This document shows, piece by piece, positions 1 through 11,742 of a DNA stretch of 64,000 nucleotides. The stretch spans positions 868,001 to 932,000 of the forward strand of contig AP026130.1 of assembly GCA_030295235.1 (NCBI GenBank), in the 5' to 3' direction. The DNA is from Fistulifera solaris. Taxonomy: Eukaryota. The notes beneath the pieces are model-generated. The model made no database searches, was not told the origin of the DNA, and saw only the letters and a list, made by a program, of their open reading frames with translations. A program made the position numbers and the translations under genes. How positions within the stretch are numbered: the first letter of the stretch is position 1; the number at the start of each line of letters is the position of its first letter.

Positions 1-438
1 ATTATAATTCGGAGAGTGACATAGGGCGATAAAGCCATGCGCCAGAACACAGTAGGGACTCAAAGCCAAACAAGACAAGAACGCTTTGGATGCCATCTCG
101 TGTTGATAGCTCAACATCAATCGCAATCCCAAATCAAAAAATGCCCGCGCTTCTGCATTATGATCGATATTGGAAACATTCCGTCGCTGATACGTTCCTA
201 AATTGAAAGCCTCTCGCGCTTCTTGATGAATGGGCGAGAGCATGTTGTCTCCTTCCAGTTGCTGATGTTGCGACGGTTCTACGCCCTGTTGGATTTGCGA
301 TTATAGATAAGAAACATAGCCCCAACTTTCCTTTTGATCCAAATGAGTCAGTCATACAAATCTTACCTGATAATGCCAAATCGGCAATTTGTGCTCCGGA
401 ATACGATTCGTATATTCCGAAGAGACTTCTTCGATCAT
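1..438 (-). CDS. TPR-repeat protein, N-terminal part (runs off window edge); intron 286-366
   Basis: Not in the ORF track. ATG at 438, GTAAG...CAG intron, then an open frame to base 1: ...AEARAFFDLGLRLMLSYQHEMASKAFLSCLALSPYCVLAHGFIALCHSPNYN. This resembles the N-terminus of bacterial/fungal TPR-domain proteins. Confidence 0.75.
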
Positions 439-861
439 CTTTTGATTATTTCTGTGATTGTTGTTCGACTGACGTACGACTGCGTTTTTCAACACGACGC
501 TTTGATTCCTCTTAGACGAGTCCTCTTTTGAACCAATCGATCGCACTTGTCAATTTTTTAATAATGAGAAGTGCTTGCAAAAAAGACGCAAATGATTGAA
601 CGACAACATGATGCGCAACAAAACGCAAAAGCTTTTGTTAACCTTATGGCCGAGGCATTTATTCGCGAACGCGCGTGAAGCGAAAGATACCAGGACAGAT
701 GAGCAGACGAAAGTGAGTCCCGTTCTCTCTGGACTGGATAAATAGCGCTGCGCAGCAGAGCGCAATAAAAAACACGCAAATAGTGCAAGCGTTATTGGAA
801 AAGTTGCAACAGTTTCAAAGGCTTCCAGCATTATTACTAACATCTTTTGCCCATAAGACAC

Positions 862-2477
862 ATGACAAGCGAGGAAACGAGTCCAACAAAGAGGATTCTT
901 CGCCGGCGGCGGCACTCCCCCTCCAAACGGTTCAGTCCGTGGCGACAGCCGAAAGATGCACGCGATCCAGAATCCGCCGCCTCGCTGAGTTGGTCGTCGA
1001 GCCGTCCTCATCCGGCGACGAATCATCCTCCCACGAAATCAACCAAACAAAAGTCGACGCGCAAACTGTTTCAAGAATTCATCTTGGTACAAATCCCCCC
1101 TCAATGTCACGGCTGATTTGGGTGTCGCTATTCGGAGGACCCGCCAGAAACGCATCAAGGGATTGTTGAAAGCCTTTCCGCAGCTGAATCAGCAAAAGTC
1201 CACCACCGACGATCCGCCGATGGAGGATGGGGTCAAGGGGGATTTGACGCAAGACAAGAGTGAAGAAGAAAGTAAGGCGCAAAACAAGAAGAAGAAGAAA
1301 AAGAGGAATCAACCGCAGCCGGGGGATTTTGGAAACATTGTGGATTATTTGGAAGCCAAGTATGTGCAAGGTGTCATGGTCGACGATTCCGGATCCGAGG
1401 ACGATAATGAGGAAGGTCAGGGGTCGGTCTATTCCGAGACGAGTTTTCTCGACGATACCGATTTGCAGCGAACCGTCGCCGAGCAGGTCCTGGCGCAAAC
1501 GACAACGACCAAGCTAGAACTCCGTGATGATGGCGAATTCTTTGTCAATGTTGGTGAGCTGGAGATTGAAGAAACCGATTTAACCAAAGATGAATATGAT
1601 CCACTACAAGATACCAAGACGAAGTCTCCCAAACGAAAACGCAAGGACGCGGAGATAGACAAGGAAGAAAACGCAAAGAAGAAAAAAGAAAGTCAAGCCT
1701 GAACTTGCGGACAAGAAAGGAAAAGCGGTGCCTACATCTACCAAGAGCGCCAAAGCTAGTACTTCCGAGGAGTCGCAGAAGCCCGACACGGCAAAGACAG
1801 GGTCATCGAAGGATACTCAGAAGAAGAGCAAAGAGTGCAAGAAAATCTACGAAAATCTGTACCAAAAACTGGTCGAAATGATCAAGAAAGCCTCACCGGA
1901 AGAATTGCCGAAACGAAAAACCAAAGATAAGGTCTCCATCAAATGCCCCGATGATAAGAAACCAGGAGACACTGTTATTTTCGCCAACCCCCATGTGCGC
2001 GGTCAGAAATTGAAAGTCAAAATTCCGGACAATTGCAAACCGGGCGGCACGTTCAAAGTCACAGTACCGATTCCCATCGACGAAGATGACGATACCGATT
2101 ACAACAAATTGAGTCGGGACTTTTACTCCGCTCTGGAGGTTTATTCTCGAGCGTTTGATGAATGGTGTGAAGCCGAAGGTGATTATCGCAAAGCAATTGA
2201 CGACACGGACTTCACGGCGCACTTTGAAAAGCGAAAGAAGTTTGACAAGCTGGTGAACGAATTTCCGAAAGATTTGAAGACTCCTGTGGACAAGTCTTAT
2301 CTTCAAAAGATTTTGAGACGAGCGCGCCAAAGTAAAAGCAGGAAAGAGGCTGGGCAAGACAAGAGCGATTTGTCCGTAGCGAGTGAAAGTTTTGTGCCCA
2401 CCACGAAGGCTTTCGTGCCGGTAGCGTCCAAGAATTTCACTCAAGTCGAGTTTAATATGAACGACTTCAAATTATAA
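862..2477 (+). CDS. HPC2/ubinuclein-like (HUN/HRD domain) histone-chaperone subunit; start uncertain; frameshifts near 1148 and 1690
   Basis: IVDYLEAKY...SVYSETSFLDDTDL...FFVNVGELE matches the Hpc2-related domain pattern. ORFs 783-1169, 1118-1702 and 1728-2477 join through single-base shifts in A-runs. Lys-rich NLS-like tracts. Confidence 0.65.
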
Positions 2478-2523
2478 GATAAGAACGACTAAATATGACG
2501 TCAATCATTTTTTACTCAGTCAA

Positions 2524-3639
2524 CTAGGAAGTTATTTCTAGCGAGAATACCTGCACACTTCCACTCTCTCCGCCTGTAATCATACGAGGAATTCCTTTCG
2601 GGCACTGCGAAATGCACCAAATTGGATCGTCGCTTTGGAAGGAGTGAACCGGCTGATACATCTGTCCAACATCCCAAACATGTATGTTGCGGTCCGCCCC
2701 CGCCGTCGCGAAACGCTTTCCGTCATTCAATTCGGCGATGCCCATGATCCAGGTCTGATGCGCGCCTACCACGTGCTGTACCAGTGTGGGTGTTTTTCTC
2801 TGTATATCCCAAATGGACAAGAATCCGTCATCACTGCCACCGATCAACAAGCTTCCGTCGCTCGTGAATGAGATGGCTCGCACGGGCGCTTTGTGTAAGG
2901 GTAGGCGGTGCTGTCCTTTGTTCATGTGAGGATCTGTTGATGCATTAAGAATATCGATGGTACCATCTTCTCTGCCGACAGCAAAGGTGGGAGTATCGAT
3001 TGGCTTGGGGTTGCACGACAAGCAGAGAGCCGTTGAAGCCGTGCTTCCCTTGGATGATACAATAGTACCAGCTGTTGTTGGATCTTTTGTTGCTTTCGGT
3101 GTGATGATGCCAGTCGCTACCAGTGAAATGGTCCCGTCCAAGCAACCCACTGCCACTAAAACGTCTCCGACTCCGGTCAAGCGCGGCGGCAGAATTTCCA
3201 ATACGACTCCAGAAGCATTCTCTACACGAACACTCGCCAGCGGCTCCACTTGTTGCGTTTCTGTAAGCAGTATATCATTGTCGAGATCTTCAGAGAACGT
3301 CCATAATTGTATTTTGCCGCATAATTGAAGTGACGCTACCACGAGATCACCCGCACGATCGTCGTCGCCCACGTAATTTCGTGCCGTGGCAACCCGACTA
3401 CATCCCAGCGGCGACAGCTTTCCGAGCTGGTGTGTACAAGAAAGACGCAACGCCGACGCATCGAGCGTCTTTTCTTCATTCGATTCGTGGACGACCCACG
3501 ATCGGACCGCGCCGTCGGCATCGGCGCTCCACAACCGCCAACTCGTCGTAGGTTGTTTTCGTAACAGTTCCGTGGCTTTCAAGCTCCAGATGGATGCGGA
3601 TCCCAGTTTATCCCGATGTATACAGCGATATCCGCTCAT
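2524..3639 (-). CDS. WD40-repeat protein, Ski8/WDR61-like
   Basis: WD repeats HKAPVRAISFTSDGSLLIGGSDDGFLSIWDI and HQTWIMGIAELNDGKRFATAGADRNIHVWDV. Size and the N-terminal H...SIWS fit Ski8. Confidence 0.7.
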   Translation of the reverse strand: MSGYRCIHRDKLGSASIWSLKATELLRKQPTTSWRLWSADADGAVRSWVVHESNEEKTLDASALRLSCTHQLGKLSPLGCSRVATARNYVGDDDRAGDLVVASLQLCGKIQLWTFSEDLDNDILLTETQQVEPLASVRVENASGVVLEILPPRLTGVGDVLVAVGCLDGTISLVATGIITPKATKDPTTAGTIVSSKGSTASTALCLSCNPKPIDTPTFAVGREDGTIDILNASTDPHMNKGQHRLPLHKAPVRAISFTSDGSLLIGGSDDGFLSIWDIQRKTPTLVQHVVGAHQTWIMGIAELNDGKRFATAGADRNIHVWDVGQMYQPVHSFQSDDPIWCISQCPKGIPRMITGGESGSVQVFSLEITS

Positions 3640-4030
3640 AGTGGAAAACACCTTAGCTTCCTATTGATCTGAAATGAATATAATCAAAGGGTAATAAATC
3701 ACTCAAACTCCAACAATTAACTCACTTTTGTAAAAATTCGAGGTGTATAGGTACCAGGTATGTCGCAATGATAATGCTTCACCATCGACTATAGGCCTAT
3801 GTGTAGATTACTTTTCCACGATCCACGATTGCAGTTCAGTCATGAGTATGCTCTTTGACGATTGACGAGACGTCTTGTCAAGTAAAGCCATTTGTTGTGC
3901 TAGTTTTGTTAGCTGAATTTAACTCCATACGTCTATTACTGTAGATACATGATCAAACATCTCTAGTAGCATCTGGCATCTGCAAAGTTCTGGCTGGATA
4001 CGGTGTTTTTACTTTGCACCTGGTATTCTT

Positions 4031-4130
4031 ACAGAAATTCTTTGTAGGTTCCAGAAATTCTGGAACAGTGTAATTCATAATCCAGAAATTCTGGAAACGG
4101 TGTATCTCATCAAGCAGAAATTCCGTGTTG
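4031..4130. repeat. Cluster of TCCAGAAATTCTGGA palindromes at ~31-33 bp spacing
   Basis: Exact copies at 4050 and 4081; degenerate copies near 4031 and 4114. Confidence 0.7.
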
Positions 4131-4255
4131 AAAGCAAAAGCCATGTAAAAATTCGACATAACTTCTGATAAAGATAACGTTGCTATATTTTATTAAAAAA
4201 TACGGAGTATATGGTATGTCTCTAACCGATAAGATCCGTCTATCATTCAGAATCG

Positions 4256-6496
4256 CTATCTTTTACTCTTTCGCCGAGGCCAGCAACTTGAGCAGACGCA
4301 CAGGAATAACACAAGTAAAACGATCACGAGACCTGCTGCCCAACCCCAGGATGCTGTGGTCCACGCATCGGGGTGGTCGACAAATACAGCGAGCAAAGGA
4401 TCAAACATATTTTCCTCCAAATTGTTAAAAAGACCGGTCGAGTCCAAGAGGAAGTCTCCATCCGGAACGAGTGAGTCCGAGCATCCAGGTGATTTGTCGG
4501 TTTCGTCGAAGCATTCGCAAACGGGTCGAATCGTGCCATTCACAGTATTGGTGTAGTTGCAAATTCCTCGTCCTGCACAGTTGAATGGACAGAAGAGGTC
4601 GGGGCAGGCTTGAGCGAGACGTGGACATATGAGTGTCGTCTCGAGTAGCCCCTGCCCGACACGAACCGAATGCCTCTGGAAGTCATAGTCACAGACAATC
4701 CATCCACCCAACACGTTAATCCAAAGCTTCATCTCCTCTTTGACACATGCCGTCTGATAACAGAGCGCTTCGCCGGCCGTGGAAGGGATGCATTGACTCT
4801 TTTCACCATAGACCTCGCTGTAAGGGGAAAGATTCGATGTCAGAAAATTAGTTAAAAGGCAGAGAAAATTTGAGGACGTGTGTGGCTTACCTGTATATGT
4901 TAAAAATGGGTGCATTGTTCTGATCCGAACAATCCATACCTCCCGCTTTTATGCTGTCGTATGTGCTGCCATAAACAGGACAATAATCAGCTTGTCGTGG
5001 TCCACCTTTACCAGGCTCATCTGGAAAGTATTGATATTGTTGCTCGGGCAGTTCCTGCGGAACATTGTAGTTGTAATCAACCACGGTGCAGGCCATCTTG
5101 TGGGTGTGTTCCGACGAGCAACCCTTTTCGTCCGCTGAAGTGCAGAAATATCCTTCGCCGTACGCAGGAACTTCCGTATCACCAGTCGATCCTTGTACCA
5201 GACAGGGTTCGTTCACAAAGGCACACCCCACCGACAGGCCCCAAGGATTGCTTCTACTGTTCGTATAATTCGCCCTGTACCAGCCGCTGTCTTCCATCAG
5301 CGCCAACGTCAAAGAACTTAAAATATTCGTCGTCGGTGAAATCACCGCCGTAAGAGCTTCCGGATAAAACATTCGCTCATCCCAATGATCCCCCGCACAC
5401 GACTCGGATCGGGTGGGCTGGTTTTCCAACCGTGCTCCTTCCAAAGACGGGCAATTGAATTGATTTCTCGCAATGGTCCGAGCTTTCGGAGTGACAATAC
5501 TGGCAAATCGTCCGCCGCTAGGATGTTCACCAAATACCATGGTATTCTCATCGGGCAAAATGAGTGATCGATCGATCCCATCGACACACGTCACCGTTCG
5601 AGTTTGAAAGGGCCGAGTCGTTCGCGGCTGACCCGTTTCCGGATCCCAAAAGAATCGGTAACTGTTCGACGAATGACCGAGAACATGTCCTACTTCGTGA
5701 ATCGTCACATCGACATAATCCTTTTCGACTTCAGGACTGGCCGTTCCGTCCTCTTTTAAGACAATGTTGTCCAGACATACATTGATCGCTCCAGCCGTAG
5801 GTCGATCAAACTGATCGAAATTGCACGGCACGGCCACTGCCAGCGTCCGATCCGGACAGAAACGATCCGAATTGGAGCCACTCACGTACAATATCAGATC
5901 CGCACCTTCCACACCTTCACTTTTGTGACTACTGGGAATTTCGGTGAATTCCGTGTCCCCACAATGACTGTAACCATTCAATTCGGTGCTGGAGATGCGC
6001 AAGGGACCGCTGACCGGAATTACGGACAAGGTACTGCTCCAAAATTCGGCCGTTTGGGGCAGAATGACATTTTGTACCAGTCAATCTTCGCGGCGTTGCT
6101 GCTGTCGCGCATGTCATCCAAGGCGTCTGCGACAAACACAATGCGGATGGGTTCAAAAGCGTTGTTTTCCTCCACAGTCGTCGAATTATTACTGGTGTCT
6201 TCCTGTAAATTCCTTTTTCTGTTGCGCTCAAACGGATGATTCTTGTACAGAACAATGTGATGAGGATCCGGTGGCAATCCTGTTTGATATCGTTGCATTT
6301 GTTCTTCGATTCGACTGATTTCTCGACGCACATCCGCATTTTCTTCTCCGTACAAACGTCGAATCACATGCATCCGTTCCCACGGCGCTTCCGAGCGGAG
6401 ACGTTTCGTTGCTTCCGCTGCTTGCGTCAGAACCACGAGTAGCAGCCAAATGGTCATTATTAAGCAGGATCGCTCATTCTGAAGTGTATTTTGCAT
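4256..6496 (-). CDS. Leishmanolysin/GP63-like zinc metallopeptidase (M8) with EGF-like region and C-terminal TM helix; intron 4818-4890; frameshift near 6050-6070
   Basis: HEVGHVLG zinc motif; FDRPTAGAIN, ARNQFNCPSLEGARLENQ, HWDER, LALMEDSGWY and ADYCP motifs. Signal peptide (alternative ATG 6457). Splice join reads NIY-SEVYG. Confidence 0.9.
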
Positions 6497-6911
6497 TTTC
6501 TTGAATGTGCACGGAATGAATACGTAGGGTATCGAGTCTTCGTGAATGCCTCCTCTTCACGAAAACTATCGATTTTGAAAATGAATTTGTCGAAATCAAC
6601 TTCTTGACATCCGCACCACTCGAATTAACTCTTCAAGCTGCAACGAAGATTTCAAGAAAGGTATGGGAGAAGCTGCTAATGAATGAATATACATGCAAAA
6701 GGAAAGATCCGGCGTGCTGTTGGCTTTTTCTCCGATCGTGTATGTTCTTTTTTACAATGGAGGGAGATTTCGGTTGGTGCAGAGATTGGCGAATTTTGGA
6801 CGCCGGCATGCCCACCGTCTCGATCCAAATTGACACTCAATCAGAGTGTAGACTGGGAATGCCTTGACTCCTCAACTCCCTTTCAGTCCCGGCGAGTGGT
6901 AATTGTGACGT

Positions 6912-7062
6912 TTCCATAAAATCTGGGAGTGTGGTATTCTGAAGTCTCCAGAAAATCTGGGGGTGTTGTTTTTGACGTGTCAAGAAAAAATCTGGGCCTG
7001 TGGTATTTTGACCTCTCCAGAAAATCTGGGGGTTTGCTAATGTGGCGTCCAGAAAATCTGGC
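6912..7062. repeat. Five degenerate ~33-35 bp tandem units with TCCAGAAAATCTGG core
   Basis: Cores at about 6913, 6947, 6980, 7016 and 7048. Confidence 0.8.
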
Positions 7063-7173
7063 AGTCCCGACAGGGTGCATTTTTTCGCTCGAATAATTTC
7101 GATGTTCATCCTCTGACAAACGTCTTCGCAAGTTTTGCTCCTTTCCCTTATCTCCTTACTTCATATCAAAATA

Positions 7174-7785
7174 ATGGCTGTGGACAATCAGCTTTTACAA
7201 TGCGGTATTTGTCGTGTCGCTGTGATTGACAAAGAAATCGATTGGCTGGAATGGGCGGCGAAATTGTCGAAACCCACCCTCGACAGCTTGACATTCGAAG
7301 GAGACAGTCACTATGCCTTTTATCGAAATATCATGGACGAACCCGATTTTCCTTTTTCCAGTATTCTAAATCATGTTGCGGGAGCAGTACAGAAATACTT
7401 TGACGTGAATAGCATGGAGGAGCTGCGAATGGATGATGCTTTTTGTGTGCATTACAACACGTCTCAAAAGGATTCGTCGGGCGCGAAGCATACGGATCCG
7501 AGTGACATTACAATTAACATGTGTCTGGAAACATCTGATGATATCGAAGGAAGCCAAGTGAAGTTTTATGGTACAAAGAACTTACACGATCTGCCGCCAC
7601 TGAAGGACGACTCTGCTTCAGCGTTTCTGGTGAAACAGCGACCAGGATATGCCACAATTCATTGGGGTGATCATCCCCATGAGACGCTACCGATTAAACG
7701 TGGTCGTCGAACAAACATTATCATGACACTGATGTTCAAAGACAAATCCAGGAGCCAGGCGGCAAACCGGACGTGCTACTACTAG
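7174..7785 (+). CDS. 2-oxoglutarate/Fe(II)-dependent oxygenase
   Basis: HTD iron motif (KHTDPSDITINMCL), distal His (HPHETLPI) and the 2OG-binding Arg (GRRTNIIM). Confidence 0.8.
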   Translation: MAVDNQLLQCGICRVAVIDKEIDWLEWAAKLSKPTLDSLTFEGDSHYAFYRNIMDEPDFPFSSILNHVAGAVQKYFDVNSMEELRMDDAFCVHYNTSQKDSSGAKHTDPSDITINMCLETSDDIEGSQVKFYGTKNLHDLPPLKDDSASAFLVKQRPGYATIHWGDHPHETLPIKRGRRTNIIMTLMFKDKSRSQAANRTCYY

Positions 7786-7938
7786 TCTTGGGCACGTTTT
7801 TAAGGGGAAAGACAGTCCGGGCGGGCGCTTTCTTTGCGAGTTTCTGATTCAAGCTGATCTGGACTAAAAAACATGAGACTAATCATCTGGTTGTCGGAGC
7901 TCCCAAGTTTTGCATGCATGCGGGGAGAGTTACCCTGA

Positions 7939-10219
7939 CGGAAGTTTTTGGAAGGCGTTAGTCAAGATGTTGCGTTTCAAATGAATACCGTTATCTTCCT
8001 GGACCCCCATTAAAGCCTTTTCAAATGGGTTATAAATTTCGTACTAGACTACCGGTATCAATCATGGCCCAGCTTATCGCCATTTTATTCGTTTTCCGTC
8101 ATTGGAGCGTGACTGAAATTCAGTCGCGGTCTCCGTAAACCAACACACTGATACTATAGTATTTTTTGCAGTCAACGATCCGGAAGTTTTTCGAAGGTGT
8201 TAATCAAGATGTTGCGTTTCAAATAAAAACCGTAATCTACTTTGACCCCCGTTAACGCCTTTTAGATGGACTATACATTTCGTACTATCATTTATGGCCA
8301 AGCTTATCGCCATTTTATTCGTTGTCCGTAATTTGAGCGTAACTGAAATTCAGTCGCGGTCTCCGTAAACCAACACATTGGTACTATAATACTTTTGCAG
8401 TCAACGATCCGGAAGTTTTTCGAAGGTGTTAATCAAGATGTTGCGTTTCAAATAAAAACCGTAATCAACCTTGACCCCCATTACCGCCTTTTCAAATGGG
8501 TTATACATTTCGTACTACTTGTATCATTTATGGCCCAGCTTATCGCCATTTGTTCGTTTTCCGTCATTGGAGCGTGACTGAAATTCAGTCGCGGTCTGCG
8601 TAAACCAACACACTGATACTATAGTATTTTTTGCAGTTAACGGTCCGGAAGTTTTTCGAAGGTGTTAATCAAGACGTTGCGTTTCAAATGAAAACCGTAA
8701 TCTACTTTGACCCCCGTTAACGCCTTTTAGATCGACTATACATTTCGTACTATCATTTATGGCCCAGCTTATCGCCATTTTATTCGTTGTCCGTAATTTG
8801 AGCGTAACTGAAATTCAGTCGCGGTCTCCGTAAACCAACACATTGGTACTATAATACTTTTTGCAGTCAACGATCAGGAAGTTTTTCGAAGGTGTTAATC
8901 AAGATGTTGCGTTTCAAATAAAACCCGTAATCTACCTTGACCCCCCATTAACGCCTTTGATGTGATTATACATTTCGTACTATCATTTATGGCCCAGCTT
9001 ATCGCCATTTTATTCGTTGTCCGTAATTGGAGTGTGACTGAAATTCAGTCGCGGTCTCCGTAAACCGACACATTGGTACTATAATACTTTTTGCAGTCAA
9101 CGATCCGGAAGTTTTTCGAAGGTGTTAATCAAGATGTTGCGTTTCAAATAAAAACCGTAATCAACCTTGACCCCCATTACCGCCTTTGATGTGATTATGC
9201 CATTTGCTCGTTTTTCGTCATTGGAGCGTGACTGAAATTCAGTCGCGGTCTGCGTAAACCAACACACTGATACTATAGTATTTTTTGCAGTCAACGATCC
9301 GGAAGTTTTTCGAAGGTGTTAATCAAGATGTTGCGTTTCAAATAAAAACCGTAATCTACTTTGACCCCCCATTAACGCCTTTTAGATGGACTATACATTT
9401 CGTACTATCATTTATGGCCAAGCTTATCGCCATTTTATTCGTTGTCCGTAATTTGAGCGTAACTGAAATTCAGTCGCGGTCTCCGTAAACCAACACATTG
9501 GTACTATAATACTTTTTGCAGTCAACGATCCGGAAGTTTTTCGAAGGTGTTAATCAAGATGTTGCGTTTCAAATAAAAGCCTTAATCTACCTTGACCCCC
9601 ATTACCGCCTTTTCAAATGGGTTATACATTTCGTACTACTTGTATCATTTATGGCCCAGCTTATCGCCATTTGTTCGTTTTCCGTCATTGGAGCGTGACT
9701 GAAATTCAGTCGCGGTCTGCGTAAACCAACACACTGATACTATAGTATTTTTTGCAGTCAACGGTCCGGAAGTTTTTCGAAGGTGTTAATCAAGATGTTG
9801 CGTTTCAAATGAATACCGTTATCTTCCTGGACCCCCATTAACGCCTTTTAGATGGATTTTACAATTCGTACTATCATTTATGGCCCAGCTTATCGCCATT
9901 TTATTCGTTTTCCGTCATTGGAGCGTGACTGAAATTCAGTCGCGGTCTCCGTAAACCAACACATTGGTACTATAATACTTTTTGCAGTCAACGATCCAGA
10001 AGTTTTTCGAAGGCGTAAATCAAGATTTTGCGTTTCAAATAAAAGCCTTAATCTACCTTGACCCCCATTACCGCCTTTTAGATGGACTATACATTTCGTA
10101 CTACTTGTATCATTTATGGCCCAGCTTATCGCCATTTTATTCGTTTTCCGTCATTGGAGCGTGACTGAAATTCAGTCGCGGTCTCCGTAAACCGACACAT
10201 TGATACTATAGTATTTTGC
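7939..10219. repeat. Tandem satellite array, ~230-236 bp unit, ~10 copies
   Basis: Units beginning GCAGT(C/T)AACG at 8168, 8397, 8633, 8863, 9093 (194-bp deleted unit), 9287, 9518, 9754 and 9984, plus a 5'-truncated first unit from 7939. Confidence 0.97.
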
Positions 10220-10376
10220 TAGGTCGACGGACCGACGTTGATTTTGTTTTTGGAAATGATAATTTTTTACGGAGTAAAAAATAATGTGCCCATTGCCCTA
10301 AAAAGCAATTACTCCGTATATCATAGAAAAATCTAACAGGTAACATTGCCGATTGCTGCTTCTTACGATTGACAGG

Positions 10377-11201
10377 ATGTTCGCTAGTAGGCGGTGTTTC
10401 GTGCTCATACTGTTCTGCCTTCTCACCGTGTTGTCAATTGGCCGTGCCAACGACGATAATTACATGCGAGAGGTCATTGAGGAAGCTCAAGAATACATGG
10501 AAGATGAGATGGCTGATCATGACTACTTGGATAGAAAGCGACTTGAAAAGGAGGAAGAACTGAAACAACGACAAGAGCAACTAAAGTACGACGAGCAACA
10601 ACTCTTAGCCGAGCAACAACGGCAAGAAAACGAGCGAATCCAACGAGAACGCGAGGCGGCCTTTCAAGCCGAATTACAACGGATGAGTGAAGACAAACGA
10701 AAAGAAGCGATTCGGCGGAAGAAACAAGACGGGAAGGTAGTACGGAAGGTGTTGAAAGCTGCAGAACGAGGCGATCATTACGGTACTCTGGGGATTCGTA
10801 ACTTTGAACTGCAATTTCCTTCGGCTTCTCTGAATTTTGGAAAATGGAGTTTCCGATTACCCAAATTAACGTTATTTCGGATTTCGAGTAAAGTCATTCG
10901 GAGGGCCTACCGAAATATGGCTCTTCTGGTGCACCCCGATAAGAACCGGGATGGCCGAGCTGTACAGGCTTTCGTTGCCGTCGAGAATGCTGCCTCCATA
11001 TTAGGCGACGATGACGAAAGAGAGAAATACGATGCCGAGCGCTTGCTTTTGAGAAAAGAACGGACGGAAGCCGCGAGGGCCCTGATAGGAACATCTGTTT
11101 CACGCGTCATGACAGCGACAAATCGATCGATATCGACGTTTCGAAGAGTGCTTGGGCCTTTTGCTTTTCCGGTGGCTATCATTGGAATCTTAATAGTCTA
11201 G
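10377..11201 (+). CDS. DnaJ-domain protein with signal peptide, coiled coil and C-terminal TM segment
   Basis: DHYGTLGI...IRRAYRNMALLVHPDKN (HPD motif)...AFVAVENAASIL; hydrophobic N- and C-termini. Confidence 0.85.
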   Translation: MFASRRCFVLILFCLLTVLSIGRANDDNYMREVIEEAQEYMEDEMADHDYLDRKRLEKEEELKQRQEQLKYDEQQLLAEQQRQENERIQREREAAFQAELQRMSEDKRKEAIRRKKQDGKVVRKVLKAAERGDHYGTLGIRNFELQFPSASLNFGKWSFRLPKLTLFRISSKVIRRAYRNMALLVHPDKNRDGRAVQAFVAVENAASILGDDDEREKYDAERLLLRKERTEAARALIGTSVSRVMTATNRSISTFRRVLGPFAFPVAIIGILIV

Positions 11202-11742
11202 CTAAGAGAGAGAGAGAGAGGCATGTCTATTTTTCCTTTTTTCCTGATGTGAACGAATTGCTTTCGTGCAACGGCTAGGGAAGTTTAATCTTTGATAACA
11301 GCTACAGTACCGGTCATGTGATGATAATGTAGTTATCGGACTTGGTTCTGCTGCTGCCCTTGAAATGCTTCGAGTCAGTCTTCGTGCATACTACTGTAGG
11401 TGTAGGGTGTTTTCGTTCTCTCCAGGTTTTCAACCCCTCTAGATTCATTCGTCATCGAAAGATGATAGAAAGACTCCTCGCTTTTTCGCGGACCATCGTT
11501 TCAAAATTTACTGTACCTTTTTATGTAGTCTTGTTGTTTTGATCTTAGATGGCTTGCCGTATCAACTGAAGATTCAAAATCTCCCGCCAACGCGCGCCTC
11601 GCTTTCGCGCTTTGGTGGGGCGGAGATACAAATCTGCAAAAGCAATGATGCGCTTTGCCGACTGCATGTTTCCTCATTATTTCATCTTCGCCTACCGGAA
11701 TCAAACATTGCTTCCCCTTTTCTTTAACCTATTCTTACGACC

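Noticed and set aside
3953..4159. Similar peptides EFLLDEIHRFQNFW / EFLYDESHKFQNFW (also at 38082-38336) as a small-protein family
   Set aside because: The similarity is explained by the shared palindromic DNA motifs; no other coding evidence.
8395..10164. Repeated short ORFs (MQSTIRKFFEG...) in the satellite
   Set aside because: TTG starts, unit lengths not consistently multiples of three, and variable stops; these are by-products of the repeat.
7786..10300. Possible TIRs (TGGGCAC / GTGCCCA) around the first satellite
   Set aside because: Only about 7-9 matching bases and no convincing TSD.
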